Position numbers and translations under genes: made by a program. Under the pieces are notes generated by a model. It was not told where the DNA came from and searched no databases. It saw only the letters and a list, made by a program, of their open reading frames with translations. Shown here piece by piece: positions 7,093 through 15,782 of a stretch of 36,790 nucleotides of DNA (positions are counted from its first letter, which is position 1; each line of letters starts with the position of its first letter). The DNA is from Nanobdellota archaeon (lineage in GTDB: Archaea > Nanobdellota > Nanobdellia > Woesearchaeales > SKGA01). Where the stretch lies: contig JAGQJW010000002.1 in NCBI GenBank assembly GCA_020430425.1, forward strand, positions 1 through 36,790. Direction: 5' to 3'.

Positions 7093-8385
7093 GTGTATGA
7101 CATAATTACTGCAGGAAGCGCTACCGTAGATGTCTTTGCAAATACCCATTCTCAACTTGTCAAGTTCGTCACCAACGATGGCGAAGACGATTATATTGCA
7201 TACCCTTCTGGTAGCAAGATCCTCATCAAAAATCTTACTTTTCTTGTAGGGGGTGGAGGAACCAATACGGCCGTCTCCTTCTCTCGTCTGGGATGCAAGA
7301 CAGCCTATCTAGGAAACATCGGTCTTGATGCAAACAGTCATCGAGTCCTTGACCTGCTCAAAGATGAACAGATAGATTTTATCGGAACACGAAGCGGGCA
7401 GACAGGATACTCCATCATCCTTGACAGCATCGAACAGGACCGTACCATCCTTACCTTCAAAGGGGCAAATGATGAACTCTCTTTTGAAGAAATCAATAAG
7501 GACCAGTTTGACGCGAAATGGTTCTATTCCTCATCACTCACAGGAAATTCTCAAGAAACTCTTAGAAAGCTCGTCCACCTTGCCTATGAGAAACATATCA
7601 AGATAGCATTCAACCCTTCCAACTATCAGGCAACACTTGGTTATGAAGCACTTAAGGATATCCTTGAACGATGCACCGTACTGGTAATGAACAAGGAAGA
7701 AGCAAATCTTCTCTTCAATCAGAACAATCAACCAGAACTCTTCTCCCATTTCCTTTCAGAACACAAGAGCGCCTACGTGGTCATCACTGACGGGGCAAAA
7801 GGAGCCATCTGCCACCATGATGATGAACAATGCACCATTACGCCAAGCCCTCATCTCAGTGTTGTTGAAACAACGGGTGCCGGAGATGCTTTTGCCTCAG
7901 GATTTGTTGCGGGACTTTTTCACCATCTCCCTTTGGCTGACGCTATGAAACTAGGTATGGTGCAGGCAGAAAGCGTCATCCAATCTATCGGAGCAAAAGA
8001 GTCGCTTCTCCTTAAGGAAGTCGCTTTTTCAAGAATAGGGCAGTTCCAAGGAACCATCTCCTTTCAGAAAGAAGAGCAGCGTTTTACTTCACCAAAACAG
8101 AACCATCTTCTTCCGCCACAGTTCTATGAAGCAGAACCTGAAAGAGGATTCCGGTTTGATACTGGACAGAACATCACTAGCCTTGAAGAATTAGGATACT
8201 ACCTTGAATTCATGTCAGATGAACAGTTCAATAAACACGTCAGCATCCATCACAATCATTTTGCAGACTGGGTTGAGCATGTCTTCTCTCTTTCAAACCT
8301 TGCTAATCAATTACGAAAACTACCAATCAGAAAAGCGCAAAGTTCATTAATCATCAACTTCGTGCACAAAGGAGGAAACCCATGA
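7093..8385 (+). CDS. PfkB/ribokinase-family carbohydrate kinase with a roughly 115-aa C-terminal extension
   Basis: GTG start. The N-terminus MYDIITAGSATVDVF, VGGGGTNTAVSFSRLG and the anion-hole/catalytic motif ETTGAGDAFASGFVAG are classic PfkB motifs. Residues from about 315 to 430 lie beyond the kinase fold. Confidence 0.88.
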   Translation: MYDIITAGSATVDVFANTHSQLVKFVTNDGEDDYIAYPSGSKILIKNLTFLVGGGGTNTAVSFSRLGCKTAYLGNIGLDANSHRVLDLLKDEQIDFIGTRSGQTGYSIILDSIEQDRTILTFKGANDELSFEEINKDQFDAKWFYSSSLTGNSQETLRKLVHLAYEKHIKIAFNPSNYQATLGYEALKDILERCTVLVMNKEEANLLFNQNNQPELFSHFLSEHKSAYVVITDGAKGAICHHDDEQCTITPSPHLSVVETTGAGDAFASGFVAGLFHHLPLADAMKLGMVQAESVIQSIGAKESLLLKEVAFSRIGQFQGTISFQKEEQRFTSPKQNHLLPPQFYEAEPERGFRFDTGQNITSLEELGYYLEFMSDEQFNKHVSIHHNHFADWVEHVFSLSNLANQLRKLPIRKAQSSLIINFVHKGGNP

Positions 8386-9170
8386 AAATCAACACAAAGA
8401 AACTCTTACACAACGACCGGTCACTCATGCTTGCCTGTGACCAAGGACTTGAGCATGGACCAAAAGACTTCAACCTCAAAAATATCGATCCACAATATAT
8501 CTTCGATATCGCGCATGAAGGAAGATATAATGCAGTGATTGTGCAAAGCGGCATCGCAGAAAAATTCTATCATGGTCCCTACAGAGATATCCCTCTGGTT
8601 GTCAAGATCAACGGAAAGACCAGTCTTCTTTCAGGGGAACCTATCTCGCCTCAGATCTGTTCAGTCGACCGCGCCCTAAAGATCGGAGCTTCAGCAATAG
8701 GCTATACGCTCTATCCTGGAAGCGAACATGAAGGAGCAATCTATGAAAACTTCGGAAAGGTCGTAGAACAGGCACATGACTACGGAATTCCTGTCATTGC
8801 TTGGATGTACCCTCGAGGAAAGAACATCCCTAATGACATTGATACGGAAATCCTTGCCTATAGTGCGCGGATCGGCCAAGAGCTAGGAGCAGATATCCTC
8901 AAGATGAAATATAACGGAGACAAAGAAGCCTATAAGTGGGTGGTCAGAAACGCTGGACGGGCAAAACTCATGGTCGCAGGAGGAGTCAAAGGAACACCAG
9001 CTGAATTTCTTCAGAAGACAAAAGACGTGCTTGATGCAGGAGCAACAGGGATGGCCATCGGACGTAACGTATGGCAATCAGAACAACCGTTCACCATCAC
9101 TCATGCGCTACGGGATCTCATGTTCAATCACCGAAGCGTACAGGACGTCCTGAAATATTTCGAGAAATAA
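8382..9170 (+). CDS. Class I aldolase of the archaeal DhnA/FbaB type (fructose-bisphosphate aldolase class IA or ADH synthase-like)
   Basis: Size is 262 aa. The pattern DQGLEHGP...VKINGKT...DILKMKYNG...GMAIGRNVWQ is typical of the archaeal class IA aldolase TIM barrel with a Schiff-base Lys. A strong AAGGAGG Shine-Dalgarno sequence is present and an ATGA overlap couples it to the kinase gene. Confidence 0.82.
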   Translation: MKINTKKLLHNDRSLMLACDQGLEHGPKDFNLKNIDPQYIFDIAHEGRYNAVIVQSGIAEKFYHGPYRDIPLVVKINGKTSLLSGEPISPQICSVDRALKIGASAIGYTLYPGSEHEGAIYENFGKVVEQAHDYGIPVIAWMYPRGKNIPNDIDTEILAYSARIGQELGADILKMKYNGDKEAYKWVVRNAGRAKLMVAGGVKGTPAEFLQKTKDVLDAGATGMAIGRNVWQSEQPFTITHALRDLMFNHRSVQDVLKYFEK

Positions 9171-9188
9171 ATTTCTCTTTTCCTTACA

Positions 9189-9198
9189 TTTTAAATAT
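9189..9198 (+). promoter_or_regulatory. TATA box (TTTTAAATAT) about 27 nt upstream of the ATG at 9221
   Basis: Motif and spacing. Supports the internal start. Confidence 0.45.
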
Positions 9199-9220
9199 CT
9201 GTAGTGATTACCCTGCTCTC

Positions 9221-9640
9221 ATGCTAACCCCTCAGACCAAACAGATTTTTATCCATAGTGGATTGCTTGATAAGACAACACTCAATCAACTCCTTGACTC
9301 TCCAGCCCTTAAGGAAGAAGATGCTCAAGTCCATAATTATATCAGGACAAAAATAAATACGGAACAAGGACTGAAACCACAAATCTCCTTCAAGTCAGGA
9401 GAACTCATCAGAGGAAAACTTCTTACCGTCACCCAATCATCCTATGAGGCTATCAAAACTTACGAAGAGAACAGGAATTTCTGCGAGAAAGATATCTATG
9501 TCTCTGTCATCGACCCTTTTCTTAAGGAAACTGATTTTCCTTCAACCTTTGCCACTTTCTTCGTTCCGAAAATCAAATGCGAAGGTGGTCGAAACTGGCT
9601 CTTTCCCGACTTTGAAAAGGAATACTTAAAAGAGAACTAG
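9221..9640 (+). CDS. Hypothetical protein (139 aa)
   Basis: ORF 9071..9640 trimmed to the ATG at 9221, because the upstream part overlaps the aldolase gene. No motif recognised. Confidence 0.55.
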   Translation: MLTPQTKQIFIHSGLLDKTTLNQLLDSPALKEEDAQVHNYIRTKINTEQGLKPQISFKSGELIRGKLLTVTQSSYEAIKTYEENRNFCEKDIYVSVIDPFLKETDFPSTFATFFVPKIKCEGGRNWLFPDFEKEYLKEN

Positions 9641-9655
9641 ACTTCTTCTCTTCTC

Positions 9656-10876
9656 ATGTTCAAGATAGTCCACCAAGATGGAAAAGCAAGGGTTGGTAGA
9701 CTGCAGACTGCACACGGAACAGTAGAAACTCCTTTTTTCATGCCTGTAGCGTCAAAAGCAAGCGTGAAAGCGATGTCAGGAAGCGATATTGAGGATCTTG
9801 GTTATCAATCACTTATCTCCAACTCTTTCATCCTTTCCCTCTCCCCCGGAATAGATGTGGTAGAGAACATTGGTGGCATCCATAAGTTCATGCATTTCAA
9901 CAATACTATCTTTACTGACAGCGGAGGCTTTCAGGTCCTCTCAAAAGATTTCCTTCTCAAGAAGTCAGACAAAGGAGTCTATTTCAAAGACAAGAGCGGA
10001 AAGAAATCATTGTACACGCCAGAACTCGTTGTGGAAAATCAGCTTCGACTAGCAAGCGATGTCGCTATGACTCTAGATGATGTAGCACATTTCGGTCTTG
10101 GAGGAAAAGACTATGTGGATGCGATCAAGCGAACGCACGCCTGGGCAAAACGAAGCAAACAGGCACACGATGAACTCAAAGAATCCTATAACAGCAAACA
10201 ACTATTATTCGGTATCTGTCAAGGCGGCATCAGAGAAGAATACCGCAGGTTCTCAACCCACAAGATCAACGAGATGGACTTTGATGGAGTTGCCTTAGGA
10301 GGACTCGTTGTCGGAGAGAGTCGAAAAGAACTTCTTGAAAGTATCAAAATTGCTGTTGATTCTTTTGACCAAGAGAAGATCAAATATCTTATGGGATTAG
10401 GAAGTCCTTCAGACATCGTACAGGCAGTAGGTGAAGGTGTTGATTGTTTTGACAGTATCTATCCAACAGCAAACGCACGGCATGGAAGTATCCTTACAAA
10501 AACAGGACGATACATGATCAAAAAGATCGCCTACAAACACGACAAAGGGCCTCTTGAAGAAGGCTGTACCTGCTCCACCTGCACCCACTACTCAAAATCC
10601 TACCTCCACCATCTTCTTCGAACCCACGAGCTCCTAGGATATAAACTTGCAACCATCCATAATCTTCACTTCATGAACCAACTTCTCAACAATATCAGAA
10701 CAGCGATCAAGGAAGGTCGTTACGAAATATTCAAGAATGAGTTCCTTGAAGCCTATTTCTCAGGAAAAGAAGCAAAGGAATTCTCCAGCCAAATCCAGCG
10801 AAAATACCAAGAAAAAGAGGAACAACAACAAGCAAAATATCTTCTTACCCACCAAAACAGTTCCTCCAAAAAATAA
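9656..10876 (+). CDS. tgtA: tRNA-guanine transglycosylase, catalytic TIM-barrel domain only (archaeosine-type likely)
   Basis: GKARVGRLQTAHGTVETPFFMPV, FTDSGGFQV and GLGSP are present, plus the Zn site CTCSTCTHYSKSYLHHL (C-x-C-x2-C...H). At 406 aa it has no PUA or C-terminal domains and ends in a Lys/Glu/Gln-rich tail. Confidence 0.85.
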   Translation: MFKIVHQDGKARVGRLQTAHGTVETPFFMPVASKASVKAMSGSDIEDLGYQSLISNSFILSLSPGIDVVENIGGIHKFMHFNNTIFTDSGGFQVLSKDFLLKKSDKGVYFKDKSGKKSLYTPELVVENQLRLASDVAMTLDDVAHFGLGGKDYVDAIKRTHAWAKRSKQAHDELKESYNSKQLLFGICQGGIREEYRRFSTHKINEMDFDGVALGGLVVGESRKELLESIKIAVDSFDQEKIKYLMGLGSPSDIVQAVGEGVDCFDSIYPTANARHGSILTKTGRYMIKKIAYKHDKGPLEEGCTCSTCTHYSKSYLHHLLRTHELLGYKLATIHNLHFMNQLLNNIRTAIKEGRYEIFKNEFLEAYFSGKEAKEFSSQIQRKYQEKEEQQQAKYLLTHQNSSSKK

Positions 10877-10921
10877 ACTTTTTAAATCAGGGCCTCTAGA
10901 AGGAATGATAAGGGGTTTGCC

Positions 10922-11539
10922 ATGGATTTTTCACCAGATGTCATGTTTGACTACAATCTCAAGGAGAAGAGACGATTCGCCTATACGACTTTTGCCGTTC
11001 TAGGACTTATTCTCATCATCGCCATCCTCTATATTCTTGTCCTCCAAAATACGGATATCGCACTTATCACTGCCATTAAAAAAGGCATCCTTCACATCAT
11101 CAACAATATCAAGGACAAGACGCTTCTAGGAGTCTTCTACGCGTCAAGCATCGGAGGACTCTTCTTTGTCACCATCAGCCTTGAAGCAGTATTTCTCACC
11201 TTTCTCAAAGCAGGATTTCCTCCGGCAGTCCTTGTCGGTATGTATCTGTTTGGCCTTACCATCTCCTATACAATCAATTATTATTTAGGAATGAGACTTG
11301 CAAGCCTCAGCCAGAAAGCGATCACTCCTCAGAAATTCTATAAGATCAAAGGAGTACTCAATAAATATGGGGTCATGGCCATCTTCTTTTTCAACGTCTT
11401 GCCTCTACCAAGCCAGCCGCTCTCGGCGATACTTGGTGTCTTCAAATATAACAAAGCAAAATTTTATGCGTTCTTTCTTTTGGGACAGACCATAAAATAT
11501 TCAGTCATGGTACTAGCAGCACATTTCATAGGTGCATAG
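10922..11539 (+). CDS. Membrane protein, DedA/VTT (TVP38/TMEM64-like) family candidate
   Basis: Five to six hydrophobic helices. The NVLPLPSQPLSAILGVFKYNKAKFYAFFLLGQ segment resembles the VTT-domain re-entrant region. Confidence 0.5.
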   Translation: MDFSPDVMFDYNLKEKRRFAYTTFAVLGLILIIAILYILVLQNTDIALITAIKKGILHIINNIKDKTLLGVFYASSIGGLFFVTISLEAVFLTFLKAGFPPAVLVGMYLFGLTISYTINYYLGMRLASLSQKAITPQKFYKIKGVLNKYGVMAIFFFNVLPLPSQPLSAILGVFKYNKAKFYAFFLLGQTIKYSVMVLAAHFIGA

Positions 11540-11549
11540 GGAAAACACA

Positions 11550-12029
11550 ATGAAACTATCAACAGACATAAAAAAACCAAGAAGGATACTCTCCACAAAA
11601 GTAAATGACATCGAACACATGGATTTCTTCTCCCGATATATCGGAAAGAAAGTCTTCTCCCAATCAGGAGAGAAAGTAGGTGTCGTCAAGGATCTCATCT
11701 TTGAGAAAGGGGTCCACAAAGGATTTCTTCTCACCAAAAATCTTTTCATCGACAAGGAATATTTCAACAAGGAATTCGATGAAGCGATGATGCTTCAGAT
11801 CGAGCCGGTAACCAGCATCATCGGAAAGCTCGTCTTTGATGTCGATGGAAAGAAGATAGGTAAAGTGAAAGATATTGAACGAACCAATCATGGCAATGAC
11901 TACAAAGCACTTCTTGTCAAGAAAACCATCTTCTCAAAACCGAAAATCATTGAGAAGAAGAATGTTGATGTGACCAAAAAGAATGTCCTGCTCAAAGTAT
12001 CCGTTGACCAAGTCATAAAGAAGCAATAA
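11550..12029 (+). CDS. PRC-barrel domain protein (two repeats)
   Basis: ORF 11532 has a GTG start and overlaps the upstream stop, so the ATG at 11550 is preferred. The repeats GKKVFSQSGEKVGVVKDLIF and GKLVFDVDGKKIGKVKDIE are PRC-barrel-like. Confidence 0.6.
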   Translation: MKLSTDIKKPRRILSTKVNDIEHMDFFSRYIGKKVFSQSGEKVGVVKDLIFEKGVHKGFLLTKNLFIDKEYFNKEFDEAMMLQIEPVTSIIGKLVFDVDGKKIGKVKDIERTNHGNDYKALLVKKTIFSKPKIIEKKNVDVTKKNVLLKVSVDQVIKKQ

Positions 12030-12030
12030 A

Positions 12031-12441
12031 ATGATCATAACAAGCGATGATATTCTCGGAAAAGTGGCACTTGACTCAGAAGGAGGAGTCTTAGGAACTG
12101 TAGTCAAACTGCACATCGATAAAAAACAGAAACAGATGACAGGTATCACTGTCGACCAAGGATTTCTCAAACCAGACCTCTTTATCGGAATGAATTATAT
12201 CCGAACTTTTGGAATCGATGCTATCCTTCTCAACGACGTCCCGTTAGACACCCTCAAAGGAAAGAAAGTACTGACTACGCATGGATCACTTATCGGCTCA
12301 GTAAAGAATGTCCTTTCTAAAGGAAATAATATCACTAAACTGGTCATCACAAGCGGTAGAGAAACACTAGAAGTCAAGGCAAGCTTTATCAAGGAGGCGG
12401 GCCAAAGCATCGTTCTACGAAAGAATTGGCATAAGAAGTAA
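12031..12441 (+). CDS. PRC-barrel domain protein (two repeats)
   Basis: ILGKVALDSEGGVLGTVVKLHID and LKGKKVLTTHGSLIGSVKNVL. Starts 1 nt after the previous stop. Confidence 0.62.
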   Translation: MIITSDDILGKVALDSEGGVLGTVVKLHIDKKQKQMTGITVDQGFLKPDLFIGMNYIRTFGIDAILLNDVPLDTLKGKKVLTTHGSLIGSVKNVLSKGNNITKLVITSGRETLEVKASFIKEAGQSIVLRKNWHKK

Positions 12442-12443
12442 CG

Positions 12444-12454
12444 TTTATATATAT
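12444..12454 (+). promoter_or_regulatory. TATA box (TTTATATATAT) about 26 nt upstream of the ATG at 12474
   Basis: Motif and spacing. Supports the ATG at 12474 over the TTG at 12459. Confidence 0.5.
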
Positions 12455-12473
12455 TCTCTTGTTCTTAAGGCCT

Positions 12474-13769
12474 ATGACTTTCATATCTATTCAAGAAGCA
12501 ATGCAGCAGGGAAGCGGAGAAGTCTCCCTTCGAGGATGGGTCCATCGAGAACGAGGAAGCAAGAAACTCAAATTCATTGTTCTACGGGATTCTTCAGCAA
12601 CTATTCAATGCGTCATTGAACGAAGCGTTGTCGGAGACGAATCCTTTGATGTTGCAGACAAGCTACAGCGAGAAGCAAGCATCACTCTCACAGGAATCAT
12701 CAAGAAGGATGATCGTGCACCAGGAGGGTTTGAACTTTCCGTCACTTCTTTTGAACTCGTTGGTGAAAGTGACCAGTTCCCTATCGAACAAGGGCAGTCA
12801 GTAGAATTTCTTGCAGACAATAGGCATCTTGCCATTCGAAGCAGAAAGATGATCGCCATCATGAAGATTCGAAGCACTTACATCCAAGCAAGAGAACGCT
12901 TCTTTGAACAGGAAGGATTCTATCGCTTTGATACTCCCATCCTTCAGCCGACCCAGAGTGAAGGAGGAAGCACCCTCTTTTCAGTCAATTACTATGAAGA
13001 TCAGATGTATTTGGCACAGACTTGGCAGCTCTACGGCGAGTCAGCGATCTTTGCTCTAGAGAAGGTCTACAACATGGGACCTACCTTTCGTGCCGAAAAA
13101 TCAAAGACATCTCGTCACCTCTCAGAATTCTGGATGGCAGAGATGGAAGCTGCGTGGATGAAACTAGCCGAGGTTACTGAATTCGCAAAGAAAGAACTCA
13201 AGTACTGTATCAAGGAAGTAGTCAGAGTACGAAGCGAAGAACTCAAATTTCTTGAACAGGATCCCCAAGCACTTCTTACTATGGCTGAAAAGGAATGGCC
13301 TACCATCAAATACAAGGAAGCACTAGCAACCCTCAAAGAGAAAGCAGGAATGGATGTACCCTTTGGAAAAGATCTTCGAACCATCGAAGAAGAGAAACTC
13401 ACCGAATTCTATGATACCCCCATCGTCGTCACTCATTATCCGACTGAAATCATGGCCTTCTACAAGCCAGGAGACAAAGATCATCCTGAAGAAGCGCTCT
13501 GTTTTGACATGCTTGCGCCTGCAGGCTACGGAGAGATCGTCGGGGGAAGTGAACGAAGCCTCGACGTTGCTGACATGGAACGACGACTCAAAGCAGATGG
13601 GGAGGACCCGGCAGACTATAATTTCTATTTCGATACCAGAAGATATGGCTCAGTACCGCACTCAGGCTACGGAGTGGGCGTAGAGCGAGTAATCCGTTGG
13701 ATCTGTGGGCTTGAGAGCATCAAAGACGCAATACCCTTCCCTCGAACCATGCTTCGCTACAAACCGTAA
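12474..13769 (+). CDS. asnS: Asparaginyl-tRNA synthetase
   Basis: N-terminal OB fold (VSLRGWVHRERGSKKLKFIVLRD), class II motif 2 FRAEKSKTSRHLSEFWMAEMEAAW (AsnRS-specific) and motif 3 GYGVGVERVIRWICGLESIKDAIPFPR. Confidence 0.92.
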   Translation: MTFISIQEAMQQGSGEVSLRGWVHRERGSKKLKFIVLRDSSATIQCVIERSVVGDESFDVADKLQREASITLTGIIKKDDRAPGGFELSVTSFELVGESDQFPIEQGQSVEFLADNRHLAIRSRKMIAIMKIRSTYIQARERFFEQEGFYRFDTPILQPTQSEGGSTLFSVNYYEDQMYLAQTWQLYGESAIFALEKVYNMGPTFRAEKSKTSRHLSEFWMAEMEAAWMKLAEVTEFAKKELKYCIKEVVRVRSEELKFLEQDPQALLTMAEKEWPTIKYKEALATLKEKAGMDVPFGKDLRTIEEEKLTEFYDTPIVVTHYPTEIMAFYKPGDKDHPEEALCFDMLAPAGYGEIVGGSERSLDVADMERRLKADGEDPADYNFYFDTRRYGSVPHSGYGVGVERVIRWICGLESIKDAIPFPRTMLRYKP

Positions 13770-13805
13770 AGCATATATTCTGCTCTTCTCTAGATTTAGA
13801 GGTAT

Positions 13806-14069
13806 ATGGATGAATCTGGGAACCTTCTAACTAGGATAAACACTTTTTTTGGCTGTCTCACTAAAGTACGATACGTCAAGACCTACCAAACCCTTAAGGA
13901 TAAATCATACCACCAAGAAGATATCTCCATCATCAAGAAGGACTATGATACCCTCGCAAATATTCTCTATAAATTACCTCCTCGAAAACAGGACGGGGCA
14001 AAGAATCTTCTCAATGATCTGGATAAAAGAATCATGAACTATCATAAATTCGGTATGGATAAAGAGTAA
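13806..14069 (+). CDS. Hypothetical small protein (87 aa)
   Basis: ORF with a GAGGT Shine-Dalgarno sequence and a TATA-like GCATATATTC about 30 nt upstream. No motif recognised. Confidence 0.5.
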   Translation: MDESGNLLTRINTFFGCLTKVRYVKTYQTLKDKSYHQEDISIIKKDYDTLANILYKLPPRKQDGAKNLLNDLDKRIMNYHKFGMDKE

Positions 14070-14070
14070 T

Positions 14071-15264
14071 CTATTGCTCAAGGATGTGCTGCGCGAGATC
14101 AACCATCCGCTCCTGAAAGACCGTCTTTTTCTCACCATCAGCCTGTTCCTTATCAAGTGACTGCAGGAGTTCCTTGATACATCGTTTCTCATCACCAGAA
14201 AAAGGAAGCTGACCAAGATGCTCTTCTATAGTCTCTTTCTCTACATCCTGATGCGCAACTGATGATGCCGTCAATTCCTCAAACAATTTACTATATAGCT
14301 TGTTGGTGTTCTTGAGCACAATGTATGCTCCCTTGTCATAACAACGCTCGACCAAAGATTTCATATCCATGTCGCTGGTTTTTCCTTCCACTGTCCCGAA
14401 CAACCGTATGAGAACAATCGCCTGATCAAGGGTCTCTTTTTCAATAGCAAGAGAAATTTTCTCATGAGCCTCCTCGCTGGTCAACCCTGAACAATCAACT
14501 TTCAGGGAAACCACTTCTTTGCTAGGAATAAAAAGATGCTCAAAATCATCATTGTCATAATAGACAAACGAACCTCTCCTGAGATCATCCAATTCTGAAA
14601 AACTATTTGGAAAGGTAGGACCGGGATATACTACATCCTTGTATCGTTCACTTGAGAACTTATTGACGATATGCACGTGACCTCCTGCATAGTAGGTGAA
14701 ACCAGAAGGCAACAAATCAAGAGGGGAAGCATCCATGCTCTCTAGCTTTGGAGTCTTAAGCTCTTGGATTGCCGTGTGGAACATGAATATTTTCTTTCCG
14801 ACAGGAATATCGGTCGTATCAATCTTTCTGTATTGCTGTTGATCAAGCATACCTGCCCGACCCATGATGCCAGTGATAAGCACATTTGTTTTTGGATCTT
14901 TGGTGAACTCCAGTTTGAGATCGCCTTTTTCAGTCAACTCACCTTTAGCGACATTAATGACCAGACCCGCTAGCTCCAGAACGTCAAGCATGGTTCTACC
15001 GTGCGGAGAATAGTCGTGACTACCAGGGATGATATAGACAGGAATCTTTGCCATGGATAATCGTTTAAGCTGGGCGGTCACGAACTTGAGCGCATCGACT
15101 CGAGGAAGTGCGGTGTTGAAGAGATCTCCTGCAAGCAAGACAAAATCAACCTCCTTCTCAAGGGCAAAACCAATTACATACTTGAAATTATCATGGCCTA
15201 ATTTAGCCAGACGAAGATCCTTATAGCCATCAATGTGACAGTCAGCAAAATGAACAAACCTCAT
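14071..15264 (-). CDS. mre11: Mre11/SbcD-family DNA repair phosphoesterase (nuclease)
   Basis: Calcineurin-like phosphoesterase motifs appear in order: FADCHI (DxH), LLAGDLFN (GD), PGSHDY (a GNHD variant), FMFHTA and GGHVHI. The 397-aa length is typical of archaeal Mre11. Confidence 0.8.
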   Translation of the reverse strand: MRFVHFADCHIDGYKDLRLAKLGHDNFKYVIGFALEKEVDFVLLAGDLFNTALPRVDALKFVTAQLKRLSMAKIPVYIIPGSHDYSPHGRTMLDVLELAGLVINVAKGELTEKGDLKLEFTKDPKTNVLITGIMGRAGMLDQQQYRKIDTTDIPVGKKIFMFHTAIQELKTPKLESMDASPLDLLPSGFTYYAGGHVHIVNKFSSERYKDVVYPGPTFPNSFSELDDLRRGSFVYYDNDDFEHLFIPSKEVVSLKVDCSGLTSEEAHEKISLAIEKETLDQAIVLIRLFGTVEGKTSDMDMKSLVERCYDKGAYIVLKNTNKLYSKLFEELTASSVAHQDVEKETIEEHLGQLPFSGDEKRCIKELLQSLDKEQADGEKKTVFQERMVDLAQHILEQ

Positions 15265-15284
15265 AGAAAGGAGTACTTGAAGAG

Positions 15285-15296
15285 ATTTTATATGTG
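15285..15296 (-). promoter_or_regulatory. TATA box (minus strand ACATATAAAATC) about 27 nt upstream of the Mre11 start at 15264
   Basis: Motif and spacing. Confidence 0.45.
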
Positions 15297-15319
15297 TGTT
15301 GGTTGGTTTAAAAACTGAC

Positions 15320-15730
15320 TCATACTAGTCCATAGAACTCTGGATTCCTGAAATATTCAAGAAGAAGACTTGCAAAGAGAACAAGATCAAAATCCTGCAC
15401 TTCCTGAGGATCAACAAGCATCCATTCACTGTGCTCTTCAGTCAACTCTACGGCGGTATTTTCTGCTTCCAGAAGAAAAACATGACATCTGCTCTTCACC
15501 GTATCAGTATGGTAATCAAAAAAAGAAAGCTCTTTGACGACTCTACAGGAAACCCCTAGTTCCAGCTGACATTCTCGAAGCACATTCTCTGTAGGAGATT
15601 CCTCTCCCTTGAGTGTGCCTCCCGGGCATTCCCATTTCCCAATATTCTCTGGCAGAGGATCCGTCGCTCGTTTAAGTAAGAAAAATCTCTTCTGATAACG
15701 AACAAGTCCTCGAGTAATATTGAATTCCAT
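15320..15730 (-). CDS. Nudix hydrolase
   Basis: Nudix box GKWECPGGTLKGEESPTENVLRECQLELGV, matching G-x5-E-x7-REUxEExGU. Confidence 0.85.
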   Translation of the reverse strand: MEFNITRGLVRYQKRFFLLKRATDPLPENIGKWECPGGTLKGEESPTENVLRECQLELGVSCRVVKELSFFDYHTDTVKSRCHVFLLEAENTAVELTEEHSEWMLVDPQEVQDFDLVLFASLLLEYFRNPEFYGLV

Positions 15731-15782
15731 AATCTATATGGAAAGGAATACAGTTAATAAAATCTTCTACAGAATCGGCTCT

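Noticed and set aside
7093-7103. An 11-nt overlap of two divergent start codons as a genuine shared-start arrangement
   Set aside because: A TATA box 27 nt upstream of the internal Met39 (6989) of the minus-strand gene gives a simpler model in which the two genes have a normal divergent promoter region of about 100 nt.
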